This document shows positions 9,351-18,497 of a stretch of 64,000 bases of DNA, piece by piece. The stretch's first letter is position 1, and each line of letters starts with the position of its first letter. A model generated the notes under the pieces. That model was not told where the DNA came from and searched no databases. It saw only the letters and a list, made by a program, of their open reading frames with translations. Location of the stretch: positions 1 to 64,000 of the IMG/VR virus record IMGVR_UViG_3300025941_000018, one strand, 5' to 3'. Position numbers and translations under genes: made by a program. The DNA is from a virus.

Positions 9351-9824
9351 ATGATCCAACCCGAATTGCTAAACCCTCCTCAAAAGTCCAATCCGCCCAA
9401 ATGGACCATCCGAATTTGGTTCGATGGTGGTTGCTCGCCCAACCCAGGCAACAAGTACGGCAGTTACGAAGTTGAGGCTTACGAGGAACTCGTACTTTCA
9501 AAGGTTCGATTCGGACTCGGACACGGGACAAATAACGAAGCAGAGTTCGAGGCGTTAGAGGCTGCTTTGATGGCGACTATCGCTTATCTCTCGGTGATTC
9601 ACACCCCGACGCCGGAAAACCGCGTGGTGATCTTCACCGACTCAATGATTTTACGAAACCGCCTGATGGGCAAGAACAGGATTTTCAAGAAGGCGAAGCA
9701 CGCGGAGAGCAGTGGTCGAATGTACCGCAAGGCCGCTCGCATTTTGGAATTGCTTGCAGTCTTCCACTCCTTCGAGGTCATATGGAGAAACCGCGAAACC
9801 AACGTCGCCAGGTTCGGACACTGA
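9351..9824 (+). CDS. rnhA: ribonuclease H (RNase HI family)
   Basis: WFDGGCSPNPG, GTNNEAEFEAL, IFTDS, WRNRETN motifs. Confidence 0.9.
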   Translation: MIQPELLNPPQKSNPPKWTIRIWFDGGCSPNPGNKYGSYEVEAYEELVLSKVRFGLGHGTNNEAEFEALEAALMATIAYLSVIHTPTPENRVVIFTDSMILRNRLMGKNRIFKKAKHAESSGRMYRKAARILELLAVFHSFEVIWRNRETNVARFGH

Positions 9825-9848
9825 ATTTATGAAAACGAAAGGCATTTC

Positions 9849-10661
9849 CTGAAAATCGCAAACGTTACGTACCTGCCGCCTCCCCGCTACGGTTGCGCGA
9901 AAGTCTTCGTGGATAACCTGCGCCGTTACCCGAGCAAATACCCGATGGTCGCTTACTCTGAGCATGACTGGGACTGGCCGGGACTCATAAAGCTGAAGGC
10001 TGACCCAGAGGAAGTGAAAAGCAGAGCGCCGAAATTGCAAAACGGAGAGCCAAATCAATTTGCAATTAACAACGTTCTTTGGCTGGTCGGTTTGCGTTTC
10101 GCGCGCGAGATGGGTTACACGCATGTCCTTTATCTGGAAAGCGACTGTCGCGTCGGTGTTAAGCATTGGGATGAGAAGGTCTTTGACGAATACTTCTCGA
10201 TTGGCCGGCCGCTCATCGCTGGCGGAAATATCGCCTGCTATAACCCGTGCAACTCGACCGCCCTTGGTTCAAAACGATGGGAAGAACTTGTGACACAAAA
10301 CAACAAACGGCGAAATGTGCCAATACCCACGTATGGCTGGCTTCCGGCAGCGACCAAAGCGCCGTCCTGCGTGTTCGTGAATGGCGCTCTGGCTATATAT
10401 AGCATCGCGTGGATGGAACAGCTTTTTGAGCATCTTGAAGACTGTACACGTCAGGCGTATGCGCCTAGCCCATTTGATATGGGGTTAGGCGTCAAGCTAT
10501 GGGATATTTTTCAGGAGGATTCATATGAAGTGCTAGGCCACTTAACTAGCGTGTTCAGTGGATTCGGAGACATAATGACGACCGAGGAGGAGCGCTTAGA
10601 CATGGTCCGCTCGGGCGAATGTGTAGGTTGCCACCAGGTCAAATCAGACGCGACCGTATGA
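9849..10661 (+). CDS. glycosyltransferase-like protein (GT-A fold)
   Basis: HVLYLESDC acidic motif, NGALAIY, FDM, terminal HQVK; start uncertain (CTG 9849 or GTG 9909). Confidence 0.6.
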   Translation: MKIANVTYLPPPRYGCAKVFVDNLRRYPSKYPMVAYSEHDWDWPGLIKLKADPEEVKSRAPKLQNGEPNQFAINNVLWLVGLRFAREMGYTHVLYLESDCRVGVKHWDEKVFDEYFSIGRPLIAGGNIACYNPCNSTALGSKRWEELVTQNNKRRNVPIPTYGWLPAATKAPSCVFVNGALAIYSIAWMEQLFEHLEDCTRQAYAPSPFDMGLGVKLWDIFQEDSYEVLGHLTSVFSGFGDIMTTEEERLDMVRSGECVGCHQVKSDATV

Positions 10662-10752
10662 CCTTCTCCGACACAATGCAGATCACGAGCATCGTGGTTG
10701 CCTTCGCCGCCTCCGTGCGGCTGTTCTGGCGATGGTATTGGAGGCGCTAACT

Positions 10753-11034
10753 ATGCCCGATTATCACATGACTAGAAAAGCTGAGCTTGCGATGGAAGCC
10801 AGCTTTCGGAACGACCGTGAGTCGCATGAACTTTTGGATTTGATAGACCGAGAATTTCGCACCGACCCAACCAGTGTCCAATGTTTCGACCGTCGTATCG
10901 TTGAGCGGGTGGCGCTGTGCGTGGCGCGAAGGAAGGCGTATCTAAAAGCGGTCGCGCACTTGGTCCTCGACGCGATGCGCAAAGACATGGCCAAGATGAG
11001 GACGGCAACTTTGAACACACCTACTGAACAATGA
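10753..11034 (+). CDS. hypothetical protein
   Basis: ORF in operon; EFRTDPTSVQCFDRRIVER. Confidence 0.55.
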   Translation: MPDYHMTRKAELAMEASFRNDRESHELLDLIDREFRTDPTSVQCFDRRIVERVALCVARRKAYLKAVAHLVLDAMRKDMAKMRTATLNTPTEQ

Positions 11035-11300
11035 GCGTAAAATATATCGAACCGAACCCTGATAACTTCAGCACACGCACCAAGCGGCATTTCTGGGCCA
11101 TCACCGAGCAGTGGACAGTCGTAGAAGTGGCTGGCTACTCTACTCAGCAGCCGACAATGTGGTGGGTGCCAAGCCTGGGATTCACTATGAGCATCGGTCA
11201 CCATCTATTTGACGGGGAACAGGACGCACGCCGACGGGCGCGCGCGGACCTTACGGCAAGGATTAGCGAGCTGCAACTTGCCCTCCTGAATCTCAAGTGA
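11031..11300 (+). CDS. hypothetical protein (89 aa)
   Basis: ATGA coupling. Confidence 0.6.
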   Translation: MSVKYIEPNPDNFSTRTKRHFWAITEQWTVVEVAGYSTQQPTMWWVPSLGFTMSIGHHLFDGEQDARRRARADLTARISELQLALLNLK

Positions 11301-11342
11301 ATGCTGCCCACCGCGAAGCAACCATTAACACTATCCAATAAC

Positions 11343-11699
11343 ATGAAGACGAAAAGAAAGAAACGCAGATGGACAAAAGCCGACGAAATGAAGGCGGAGA
11401 TAGACACGCTCAAAGCCGAATTGACAATCGTGCGTAGGCGCTACAAAGAGACCTGCGAGCAAGAGTCGGCAGAGCGCAGCAGAGTCTATAGCCTTACTGA
11501 GAAGTACAGTCTGATCAAGCGGGTCATGGGAGATTTACTTCTACAATCTCATCGGTGCGCGACTTACAAACCTTTAGAAAAGTTGGCTGAGACACCCCGG
11601 ATGCGAATCGCCGTTATCGGCACGTCTGGATTGGTTTGCGTCTGGATTGACGACCGGCCAGTGTCAGAAATGAAAGCCGACGACGCCCAGGAACTGTGA
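11343..11699 (+). CDS. hypothetical coiled-coil protein
   Basis: ORF overlapping the recombinase start (GTGA). Confidence 0.55.
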   Translation: MKTKRKKRRWTKADEMKAEIDTLKAELTIVRRRYKETCEQESAERSRVYSLTEKYSLIKRVMGDLLLQSHRCATYKPLEKLAETPRMRIAVIGTSGLVCVWIDDRPVSEMKADDAQEL

Positions 11700-12619
11700 A
11701 ATTCGACGCCGCATTCGACAAGTGGCTTGCCGCCAACGACGCCGGGATGTCGGAGGGCTCGCGCTCTGCCTACACGTTCGCTGTCCGCAGGTTCGCCGCG
11801 TTCTGCAAAGCGCATCGCCTGCAGGTCGAAGACGTTCACAAACGGCACATCGCGGCTTACATGGCTGAGGCGACTGACGAGATCAAGGGCTGGACCGTTA
11901 TGGGCCAGGTGAAGCTTTTGAAACGGGTTTTCGAGTGGGCAGTGGCTGAAGGTCTGGCAGAGACAAACCCCGTCCAATTGAAGTCGCTGCCCAAGCTAGT
12001 CCGCCATCGAGCCGATCGCACGGCCTTCACCGCCGATGATTACGCGGCCATCATGGAGCACGTCGGCGCGGCTAAGCCCTACTGGCGGCTTGCCTGTGCG
12101 CTTGCCTGGCACACCGGGCTACGCATGGTGGACGTGGCAAATTTGCAGTGGGAGCATGTGGACTTTTCGGTGCGCGTGCTGAGCGTCAAGCCAATTAAAC
12201 TTCAGCGCTTCGGACAGCAGCTCGAAATTCCAATGGCCGACGAACTGTATGAGGCGCTCATCCAACGGCACACTGAGAGCACGACCGAGGAACCGGGCGA
12301 GTACGTCCAGCCCGACATGATGATGGCCTACAAATACGGCCGCACTCGGTTAGTTGAGCAGTTCGAACAACTGCGGAAGCGCGCGGGTTTGAGCGGCGGC
12401 AGCTTTCACTCGTTCCGGCACGCAGTGGCCACGAGGCTAATAAATGCAGGCGCTGATTCCTTGGTTGTCGCCTCAATTACAGGGCATAGCCTGAAGCAAC
12501 TGAAGGAATACACTCACGTTTCAATGGAAGCCAAAAGGAACGCCTTCAGCATAGCGCAAAAAGTATTGACCCCGCCTTTCAGAAATGAGAATCTTCGCAC
12601 GGCCCTAGAACGGCTGTAA
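11696..12619 (+). CDS. tyrosine recombinase/integrase (XerC/D-like)
   Basis: HTGLR, FHSFRH, ITGH and EYTH catalytic motifs; N-terminal core-binding domain. Confidence 0.92.
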   Translation: MKFDAAFDKWLAANDAGMSEGSRSAYTFAVRRFAAFCKAHRLQVEDVHKRHIAAYMAEATDEIKGWTVMGQVKLLKRVFEWAVAEGLAETNPVQLKSLPKLVRHRADRTAFTADDYAAIMEHVGAAKPYWRLACALAWHTGLRMVDVANLQWEHVDFSVRVLSVKPIKLQRFGQQLEIPMADELYEALIQRHTESTTEEPGEYVQPDMMMAYKYGRTRLVEQFEQLRKRAGLSGGSFHSFRHAVATRLINAGADSLVVASITGHSLKQLKEYTHVSMEAKRNAFSIAQKVLTPPFRNENLRTALERL

Positions 12620-12712
12620 AAACAGATGCGAATAAGATTCTCCATCTCCCTTCACGGTTGCCGCCAAGTCTGTGCGGGTTCTACTTCACGGTCGGGGGAT
12701 GGCTTTTCTGTT

Positions 12713-13450
12713 ATGTCAAACGCAAAACACGCACGGAAGTACTATTGGAGCCATCGGGAGGAGGTCCTGAGGCGGGCTGTAGAGTATCGCAAGAATAACT
12801 TGGAGAAATTTCGCCTCCGACATGCAGCAAACCACCTGAAGCACAAAGCTAAAAATAACGCCTATTCCGCGAGGTACTTAGCTGAGCATCGCGAAGCGAT
12901 TAACGCCCGTAAACGCAGGTATTACGCGTCGAACAAAGAGAGAATATTACGAGCGAGAGCAGAGGAGAGGATTAATAACTTGGATGCTTTTCGCGCACAC
13001 GGCAGGGCGAAATACTGGAAAAACCCGGAAAAAGGCAGGATAGCGTGTGCCGCCTACGCCAAGAAGTATCCAGAAAAATGTGTCGCTAGGGTTGCAAAAC
13101 GTCGGGCTCGCATGGCCGCCGTAAGAACGTCAGAGGACGCGGCAACACTAATCTTTCGCTTAAAAAATCAGGCAAAAAAGATCCGATGCCACTGGTGTGG
13201 ACGCCGATTAACTTCCTCCACTCTGGAAATCGACCATATCATTCCAATTTCCAAAGGCGGGGCTCACGAGGCTGACAACTTGTGCGCAAGTTGCAAATCG
13301 TGCAACACTAGCAAGGGAGACAGGGCTTTGAAGGACTGGCACAAAAAAGGCCAGCAAATACTCCCATTAGAGCCCTCTGGTTCAACCGCCATGGGCAACA
13401 CAATTTCGCCAGTTCCAGTTGGAAACGCACAAGGCAACCAATGTTTCTAA
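12713..13450 (+). CDS. HNH homing endonuclease
   Basis: Basic repeats then CHWC...EIDHIIPISKGG...NLCASCKSCNTSKG; ATG at 12713 after a structured leader. Confidence 0.9.
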   Translation: MSNAKHARKYYWSHREEVLRRAVEYRKNNLEKFRLRHAANHLKHKAKNNAYSARYLAEHREAINARKRRYYASNKERILRARAEERINNLDAFRAHGRAKYWKNPEKGRIACAAYAKKYPEKCVARVAKRRARMAAVRTSEDAATLIFRLKNQAKKIRCHWCGRRLTSSTLEIDHIIPISKGGAHEADNLCASCKSCNTSKGDRALKDWHKKGQQILPLEPSGSTAMGNTISPVPVGNAQGNQCF

Positions 13451-13508
13451 TTTCACGGGCTGCTTTGTCGCTGCTCGCCGGTTGGCGGGCGCTGGCGATT
13501 CCGAATTT

Positions 13509-13817
13509 ATGAGTTTGAAATATCACGGCAGATTTGGCGACGGATTGCTCTATACGCTTGGGGAGACTCGAATAATTCTATCCGGCCCAAAGGAACGTGA
13601 AGCGATTGGCTGGCATTTCAGCATTTCATGCCCCGACAGGAACCCAACTTGGGAGGAACAGAAAAAAGCCAGATACGAACTTTGCCCGGACGACCTCTAC
13701 ATGGTCCAGATCATGCCGCCCAAGAAAGAGTACGTGGCCGTTCACGAATTCACATTTCATTGGCATGAGGCTGGACCTAAGTTTTTCGACGTTAAAACCG
13801 GAAGGCCATTAGGGTGA
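13509..13817 (+). CDS. conserved phage protein
   Basis: WHFSISCPDRNPTWEE...HEFTFHWHE family motif; ATG at 13509. Confidence 0.7.
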   Translation: MSLKYHGRFGDGLLYTLGETRIILSGPKEREAIGWHFSISCPDRNPTWEEQKKARYELCPDDLYMVQIMPPKKEYVAVHEFTFHWHEAGPKFFDVKTGRPLG

Positions 13818-13845
13818 AACCACCACACCACCCAGAAGCAGGATT

Positions 13846-14718
13846 ATGAAAATGCTTCTTGACCTTTCGGCACTCCCTTGGCAGCATCGTCTCGCTTTGC
13901 AGGACTCCGAGACATCTAAGGATTTGTCGCCCTCTCCGGGGGAATCTTCGCTTGTCGAGGCGTCCGCAAAGCACCCGGAGGGCGGCGATATTAAGCGTCA
14001 AATCCATTTGCGGAAGAAAGCGGCGCGGATGCGGGCCTGGAGGTTGAGAAACCCTGAAGTAATGAAGGCAAGAAACCGCAAGTGGTACGCTGAAAATAAG
14101 GAGTGCATTTCAAACAAGGCGCGACTGAGATATGCGGCAAACCCATCTGTTAAAATATCGAACAACAGGGACTACTATCGACGCAATCGAGAAAAAGTTA
14201 ACGCTTACAACAAAAGGCTTGTCGAAAGAATCAAGCGAGAGCAGCCCGAGCGCTACGCCGCGTGGCTGCGCAAGACATACGAAAACGCCAAGCCAGGCTT
14301 AGTGGAGTATAGACGCCGTCCAGAAATTAAGGCACGCCACCGCGTTGAGAGCAGGCGGTGGGAAGCGGCAAATCCAGAAAAGCGGAGAGCAATGAATCGC
14401 TCTTGGGTTGAAAGAAACAAAGAAAAAGTAGCCGCAGATCGCAAAGCTCGAAAGGCGCTACCAGAGGACAGGCCAGGGGTTGATGAATTTCTTCGAAAAG
14501 TTTTTAGCAGGCGATTTATAAAATGCTACTATTGCCAACGAAGGACCAGCACGAAGGCGGTTCACGTTGACCATATTGTGCCGAGAAGCAAGGGAGGAAA
14601 AACAAAAGCCGATAACCTTTGTGCCGCCTGTCCAGACTGTAACCTTTCCAAGCACGCAGCGCTAATTCCAGATTGGCAGAAACGCCGCGACCACTCGCAG
14701 CAAATCTTGCACTTATGA
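13846..14718 (+). CDS. HNH homing endonuclease (paralogue of 12713)
   Basis: CYYC...HVDHIVPRSKGG...NLCAACPDCNLSK; true start probably downstream of the 13859-13990 leader. Confidence 0.9.
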   Translation: MKMLLDLSALPWQHRLALQDSETSKDLSPSPGESSLVEASAKHPEGGDIKRQIHLRKKAARMRAWRLRNPEVMKARNRKWYAENKECISNKARLRYAANPSVKISNNRDYYRRNREKVNAYNKRLVERIKREQPERYAAWLRKTYENAKPGLVEYRRRPEIKARHRVESRRWEAANPEKRRAMNRSWVERNKEKVAADRKARKALPEDRPGVDEFLRKVFSRRFIKCYYCQRRTSTKAVHVDHIVPRSKGGKTKADNLCAACPDCNLSKHAALIPDWQKRRDHSQQILHL

Positions 14719-15365
14719 AAATATTTTCCTTCTATGGCGATGTCCCGGAACTGCCACGCGGAGACGAATTACGTTTAACTATCTTATGGCGCGAGAAATG
14801 GAAATCTGCCGGCTGGGAGCCGGTCATTTTGTCTGAGTGGCAAGCCCGACAGCATCCACACTTTGAAGAATACGATGCGGCAATTTCAAAGTTGCCGTCG
14901 TGCAATCCGCCAATTTATGAAAAATTCTGCTTCTATAGATGGATCGCTCTCGCCCAAGTTGGCGGTGGCTGGCTTGCCGATTATGATCTTTTTGCGACAC
15001 CCAACGGAAACCCACTTTGGCACCGACTAACCGGTGCAGAGATGAACAAAGTCATCATCATGCAGCAACCATGCTGCCCATGCCTTGTGTGGTGTAGCGC
15101 CGACAACGCGATTCGTCTCTGTCGTGAGTTTGCGAAAGGCATCGGCAATAATCCCCAGGACGCACGCGCTCATTTTTCTGATCAGTATTCCCTTGAACGT
15201 CTGGTGCTCGACGGTGCCGACTGGATCGAAGTGCGCAACGTGGTGAAGCAGTATCCAGATGAAGGCTGCAAGGATGCTCCTTTAATCCACTACCCTAATG
15301 CCGCCCTTGGACCTCGAAACCTCACCCCGAAATGGCGCCACATTCCGAAGCTCCTACCACTATGA
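14715..15365 (+). CDS. glycosyltransferase (DxD sugar-binding type)
   Basis: CFYRWIALAQVGGGWLADYD, FSDQY, LIHY motifs. Confidence 0.75.
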   Translation: MKIFSFYGDVPELPRGDELRLTILWREKWKSAGWEPVILSEWQARQHPHFEEYDAAISKLPSCNPPIYEKFCFYRWIALAQVGGGWLADYDLFATPNGNPLWHRLTGAEMNKVIIMQQPCCPCLVWCSADNAIRLCREFAKGIGNNPQDARAHFSDQYSLERLVLDGADWIEVRNVVKQYPDEGCKDAPLIHYPNAALGPRNLTPKWRHIPKLLPL

Positions 15366-15607
15366 AGTTCAACAAACACGACAACGTCAGCCCGGCGGCC
15401 CGAGCGCATCAGGCAAAGCGCAAAGCCGAATTTCACGCCGTCCACAAACACATCGGCACCAAGAACGCGCTTTACTGGAACATGCGCGTGCGCGGCTGGT
15501 GGACCAAAGCTGTCCTGAAGGCGCGAGGTCCTGCTGTCCCGACATCGCTTCGAGAGGCGGCTGAGTTTGCCCTGGCGCAGGCGCTTGAACAGCGGAGGGC
15601 GCGATGA
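15362..15607 (+). CDS. hypothetical basic protein
   Basis: ATGA-coupled on both sides. Confidence 0.5.
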   Translation: MKFNKHDNVSPAARAHQAKRKAEFHAVHKHIGTKNALYWNMRVRGWWTKAVLKARGPAVPTSLREAAEFALAQALEQRRAR

Positions 15608-16290
15608 GCGCGATGAGCGACGATCTTCTCGTTGTGCTGGCGCACTCGAAGGCCAGCGACGCGCTGGCAAGGCACTGGCCATGGCTCCTGAAAGGTGAGT
15701 GCGACATCCTTGGGGTTGGCCGCGAGGACACGACCACCATTTGGCCGGCTGAAAAGGGGCAGGACAATTTCATCGGCGAGATAAGGGTGGGTGCGGAATC
15801 CTACGCCAGCGGCCAAAATCACATAACACGCTACCTAGATGTGCTGCGGTGGTGCACGGATCACGTCGCGCATCAGCGATTTTGTGTCATTGAATATGAC
15901 TGCCTGATTTTCAAACCACTTTCCTTAGTTGCGTTCAAACCAGGATTGCTTACAACCTGCGCCGGCGGTCGCAGTGAAGGCTTTCGCGGCTCGCTGTTCT
16001 TCCATACGCCATGGTGGTGCGACCGAACGACAGCTTGCGACATAATGCGTTACGGCGGACGAATGCTTCGTGCGGGTCTCGACGAGCGGGGCTTTCTGGA
16101 TCGCTGGCTGGGACTTCTCGCCGACCTTTACGATCTTCGGGTGCAAGACTTCGTGGATTTCTGGTACACGCAAAACACCATCGACACGCCAGAGAAAATT
16201 GCCGAGGCCCGCAGAGCCATCATCGCTGGGGCATGGGGTTTGCATGGCTGTAAGACCGCCGCGCAATTGGAGGCCATCACCCGTGGTTGA
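15604..16290 (+). CDS. glycosyltransferase-like protein
   Basis: FCVIEYDC motif, FLDRW, terminal HGCKT; resembles the 9849 ORF. Confidence 0.6.
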   Translation: MSAMSDDLLVVLAHSKASDALARHWPWLLKGECDILGVGREDTTTIWPAEKGQDNFIGEIRVGAESYASGQNHITRYLDVLRWCTDHVAHQRFCVIEYDCLIFKPLSLVAFKPGLLTTCAGGRSEGFRGSLFFHTPWWCDRTTACDIMRYGGRMLRAGLDERGFLDRWLGLLADLYDLRVQDFVDFWYTQNTIDTPEKIAEARRAIIAGAWGLHGCKTAAQLEAITRG

Positions 16291-16480
16291 ACCTTTGCCA
16301 TGCCCAATCTGCGGAAAGCCGCCGCGCACACGCAACCCATTCGGCACCCATTTGTTCGAGGTCCTGTGCGACGACGGGCATAAAGAATGGTGCTGCTTCT
16401 CCATCCTCACGATGGAAGACGCGATTGAGCTTTGGAATAGTGAGTGCGAAATTGCTACTCAGGAAAGAAAGCTATTATGA
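16283..16480 (+). CDS. Lar-like restriction-alleviation Zn-finger protein
   Basis: PLPCPICG...EVLC...EDAIELWN; GTG at 16283. Confidence 0.6.
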   Translation: MVEPLPCPICGKPPRTRNPFGTHLFEVLCDDGHKEWCCFSILTMEDAIELWNSECEIATQERKLL

Positions 16481-17112
16481 ACTTAGACGAAATGAGCTTG
16501 GATCAGATCGGCCTTGTCCATGGCACAGATCAGGCTTCTAGCCACCATGGATTTTTGTCCCACATGGAATCTTTCCTTGAACCTATGCGCGAGACTGCTT
16601 CGAAGGTAGTCGAAATAGGTGTGGCGGGAGCGGCTGGGACGCGCACGCTTCGAGACTATTTTTCTAACGCTCATATTTTCGGCATCGATCACAATCCAGA
16701 GAGCTGCAAATTCGACTTAGGACCACGGGTTACACTCATCCATGGCGATGCGAGCCACGAGGAATTCTGGAAGCAATTTGAGAATGAAAACGGAGGCAAC
16801 CTAGATTTGATAAGCGACGACGCGAGCCATAATGTCTGGGCAACCTGGGTGGCATTTCACCAAGGCTGGAAGTTGTTGAAGCCCTCGGGCCTCTTTCTGA
16901 TCCAAGATATTCACGCGGGCTGGGACCCGGCTTATCGCCGCGACAATGAGCCAAATGGCCTACCTAAATACATGACCGTTCACGATTGGATCTGCGATCT
17001 AGCCATCACGCGCTTGCACGAAGGCGGAGCGAACCAATGTGGCAAACCCACAACGGCAGACTTCGAGTCCATTTACCTATCCAAAAGCCTGGCCGTCATA
17101 AAGAAACGCTGA
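16477..17112 (+). CDS. class I SAM-dependent methyltransferase (sugar O-methyltransferase-like)
   Basis: HGTD, VVEIGV, IFGIDH, LDLISDDASH, LKPSGLFLIQD. Confidence 0.85.
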   Translation: MNLDEMSLDQIGLVHGTDQASSHHGFLSHMESFLEPMRETASKVVEIGVAGAAGTRTLRDYFSNAHIFGIDHNPESCKFDLGPRVTLIHGDASHEEFWKQFENENGGNLDLISDDASHNVWATWVAFHQGWKLLKPSGLFLIQDIHAGWDPAYRRDNEPNGLPKYMTVHDWICDLAITRLHEGGANQCGKPTTADFESIYLSKSLAVIKKR

Positions 17113-17115
17113 CCT

Positions 17116-17364
17116 ATGATAGACGCCGATGACGAATTTCGATACGCGCAACTCGATATCCTTGAGGTCGTGCAGCGCAAACTAGCAATCATCAATGCCC
17201 AGCGGAACGAAATCATGGAAGCCTTTATAGCCAAGCATGGCTTCGACGCGGACGAGGCAGTCCAAGTCGTTCAGCGGATGCGTGATGGAAGCGAGAAGTT
17301 CTTTATTCGCAAGCGCACGCCAGAGGAAATGGAAATGCTCAATAGGCTTAGTTCAGAATTATGA
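17116..17364 (+). CDS. hypothetical protein (82 aa)
   Basis: Operon context. Confidence 0.6.
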   Translation: MIDADDEFRYAQLDILEVVQRKLAIINAQRNEIMEAFIAKHGFDADEAVQVVQRMRDGSEKFFIRKRTPEEMEMLNRLSSEL

Positions 17365-18146
17365 AGAAACTTTTGGTCAGCTATTCAAACTGTCAAGGGT
17401 CGGGTGCCCTGTTCTTCCTCAAGCGCACGCACCTTGCCGAGGAATACGAGATGCGGCAATGGAACAACTGGCAGTGCATGCTCGATGAGGTAGATCCGCA
17501 GGCGATGCTAAAGGACGCCACCCAGGCGGATGTGTTTCTCTATCAGCCAACCGACCGCTTCGAGAGTCGGGCGGGCTTCAACGTGCCGAGTACGGACGAA
17601 ATAAAGAGCCTGCTAGTTCCAGACGGATGCCAGTGCATTTCGTTTGCCTACGCATACAACGATGGCTTCTTCCCCCTCCTCAAGCACGGCGACTGGAAAA
17701 CCGGCAATCGCGCTAAAGAACTCGCCGCCATCAGCCCCTACCGTCTCTTCGCTGCCTACAACGCTGATCTGACCTACGACTGCGCGCGTCGGTTCGTGGA
17801 ATGTTTGAGCGAGATGTCCAAGCGCGAACAACTCTGCGACATCAAAATGGTCCCGTTCATCCTGAACACCTACCGCGATACTCGGCTCTTCCTAAACGAG
17901 AACCATCCATCATCATTCATGTTCTGCCACCTGGCGCAGCAAATTTACATTCAGATCAAATCCGAGAGTCCCGACGTGACGAAGATGCTGACTGCCGACG
18001 AGAACGAAGTGAACCTGCCGATGGGCATTAACCCAACGCATCAGTCAGTGGTCAACGAACTGGGCCTGCGCTATCTCGCCGACGAACGCGCCCACGAGTT
18101 TTACCGCAACTGGTTTGAACAGTATTTGAAGGAGATGAAGCCATGA
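17361..18146 (+). CDS. WcbI-like polysaccharide biosynthesis (putative acetyltransferase) protein
   Basis: N-terminal YSNCQG, DVFLYQP and RLFLNENHPS motifs. Confidence 0.75.
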   Translation: MKKLLVSYSNCQGSGALFFLKRTHLAEEYEMRQWNNWQCMLDEVDPQAMLKDATQADVFLYQPTDRFESRAGFNVPSTDEIKSLLVPDGCQCISFAYAYNDGFFPLLKHGDWKTGNRAKELAAISPYRLFAAYNADLTYDCARRFVECLSEMSKREQLCDIKMVPFILNTYRDTRLFLNENHPSSFMFCHLAQQIYIQIKSESPDVTKMLTADENEVNLPMGINPTHQSVVNELGLRYLADERAHEFYRNWFEQYLKEMKP

Positions 18147-18346
18147 CACCAGAACAAGAAATCATAATTATCAAAGAACGGTTTGAAGCCCTCGAAAAAC
18201 TTGTGCTCAATTTAACGCTCATGCACCTTCGCCCTAACGAGCACATCCCCCAAGCAGACCGAACAGCACTGGACCACCTGCTTGGCAACCTGCAATACGC
18301 AGGTGTTAAGAATTACGAAGAATTCAACTATAAAGGGGAACGATGA
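18143..18346 (+). CDS. hypothetical protein (67 aa)
   Basis: ATGA coupling. Confidence 0.55.
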   Translation: MTPEQEIIIIKERFEALEKLVLNLTLMHLRPNEHIPQADRTALDHLLGNLQYAGVKNYEEFNYKGER

Positions 18347-18497
18347 GCGACACCGAAACCAAAAAACCGGACTGCGCCTGCGCTACGGATGATCCAAGGG
18401 AATGCGCCAGGATGAGAGACAGCCGAACCCAAGAAGGGGATTATGGCCGTCTGTGTGAATGCCCCTGCCACGATGAGTTTGAATACGAGGATGAAAT

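Noticed and set aside
8818-9354. 178-aa ORF, and 29507-30010, spanning the duplicated element
   Set aside because: The GTG lies upstream of the predicted transcription start, copy 2 has an in-frame TAA at 29453 and only a TTG start, and no protein motif is evident. Not annotated as a CDS, though coding is not fully excluded.
13380-13508. Possible sixth attenuator-like cassette (tcgccag/ctggcga, caaccg/cggttg)
   Set aside because: Pairings are short and no clear -35/-10 pair was found; too weak to count
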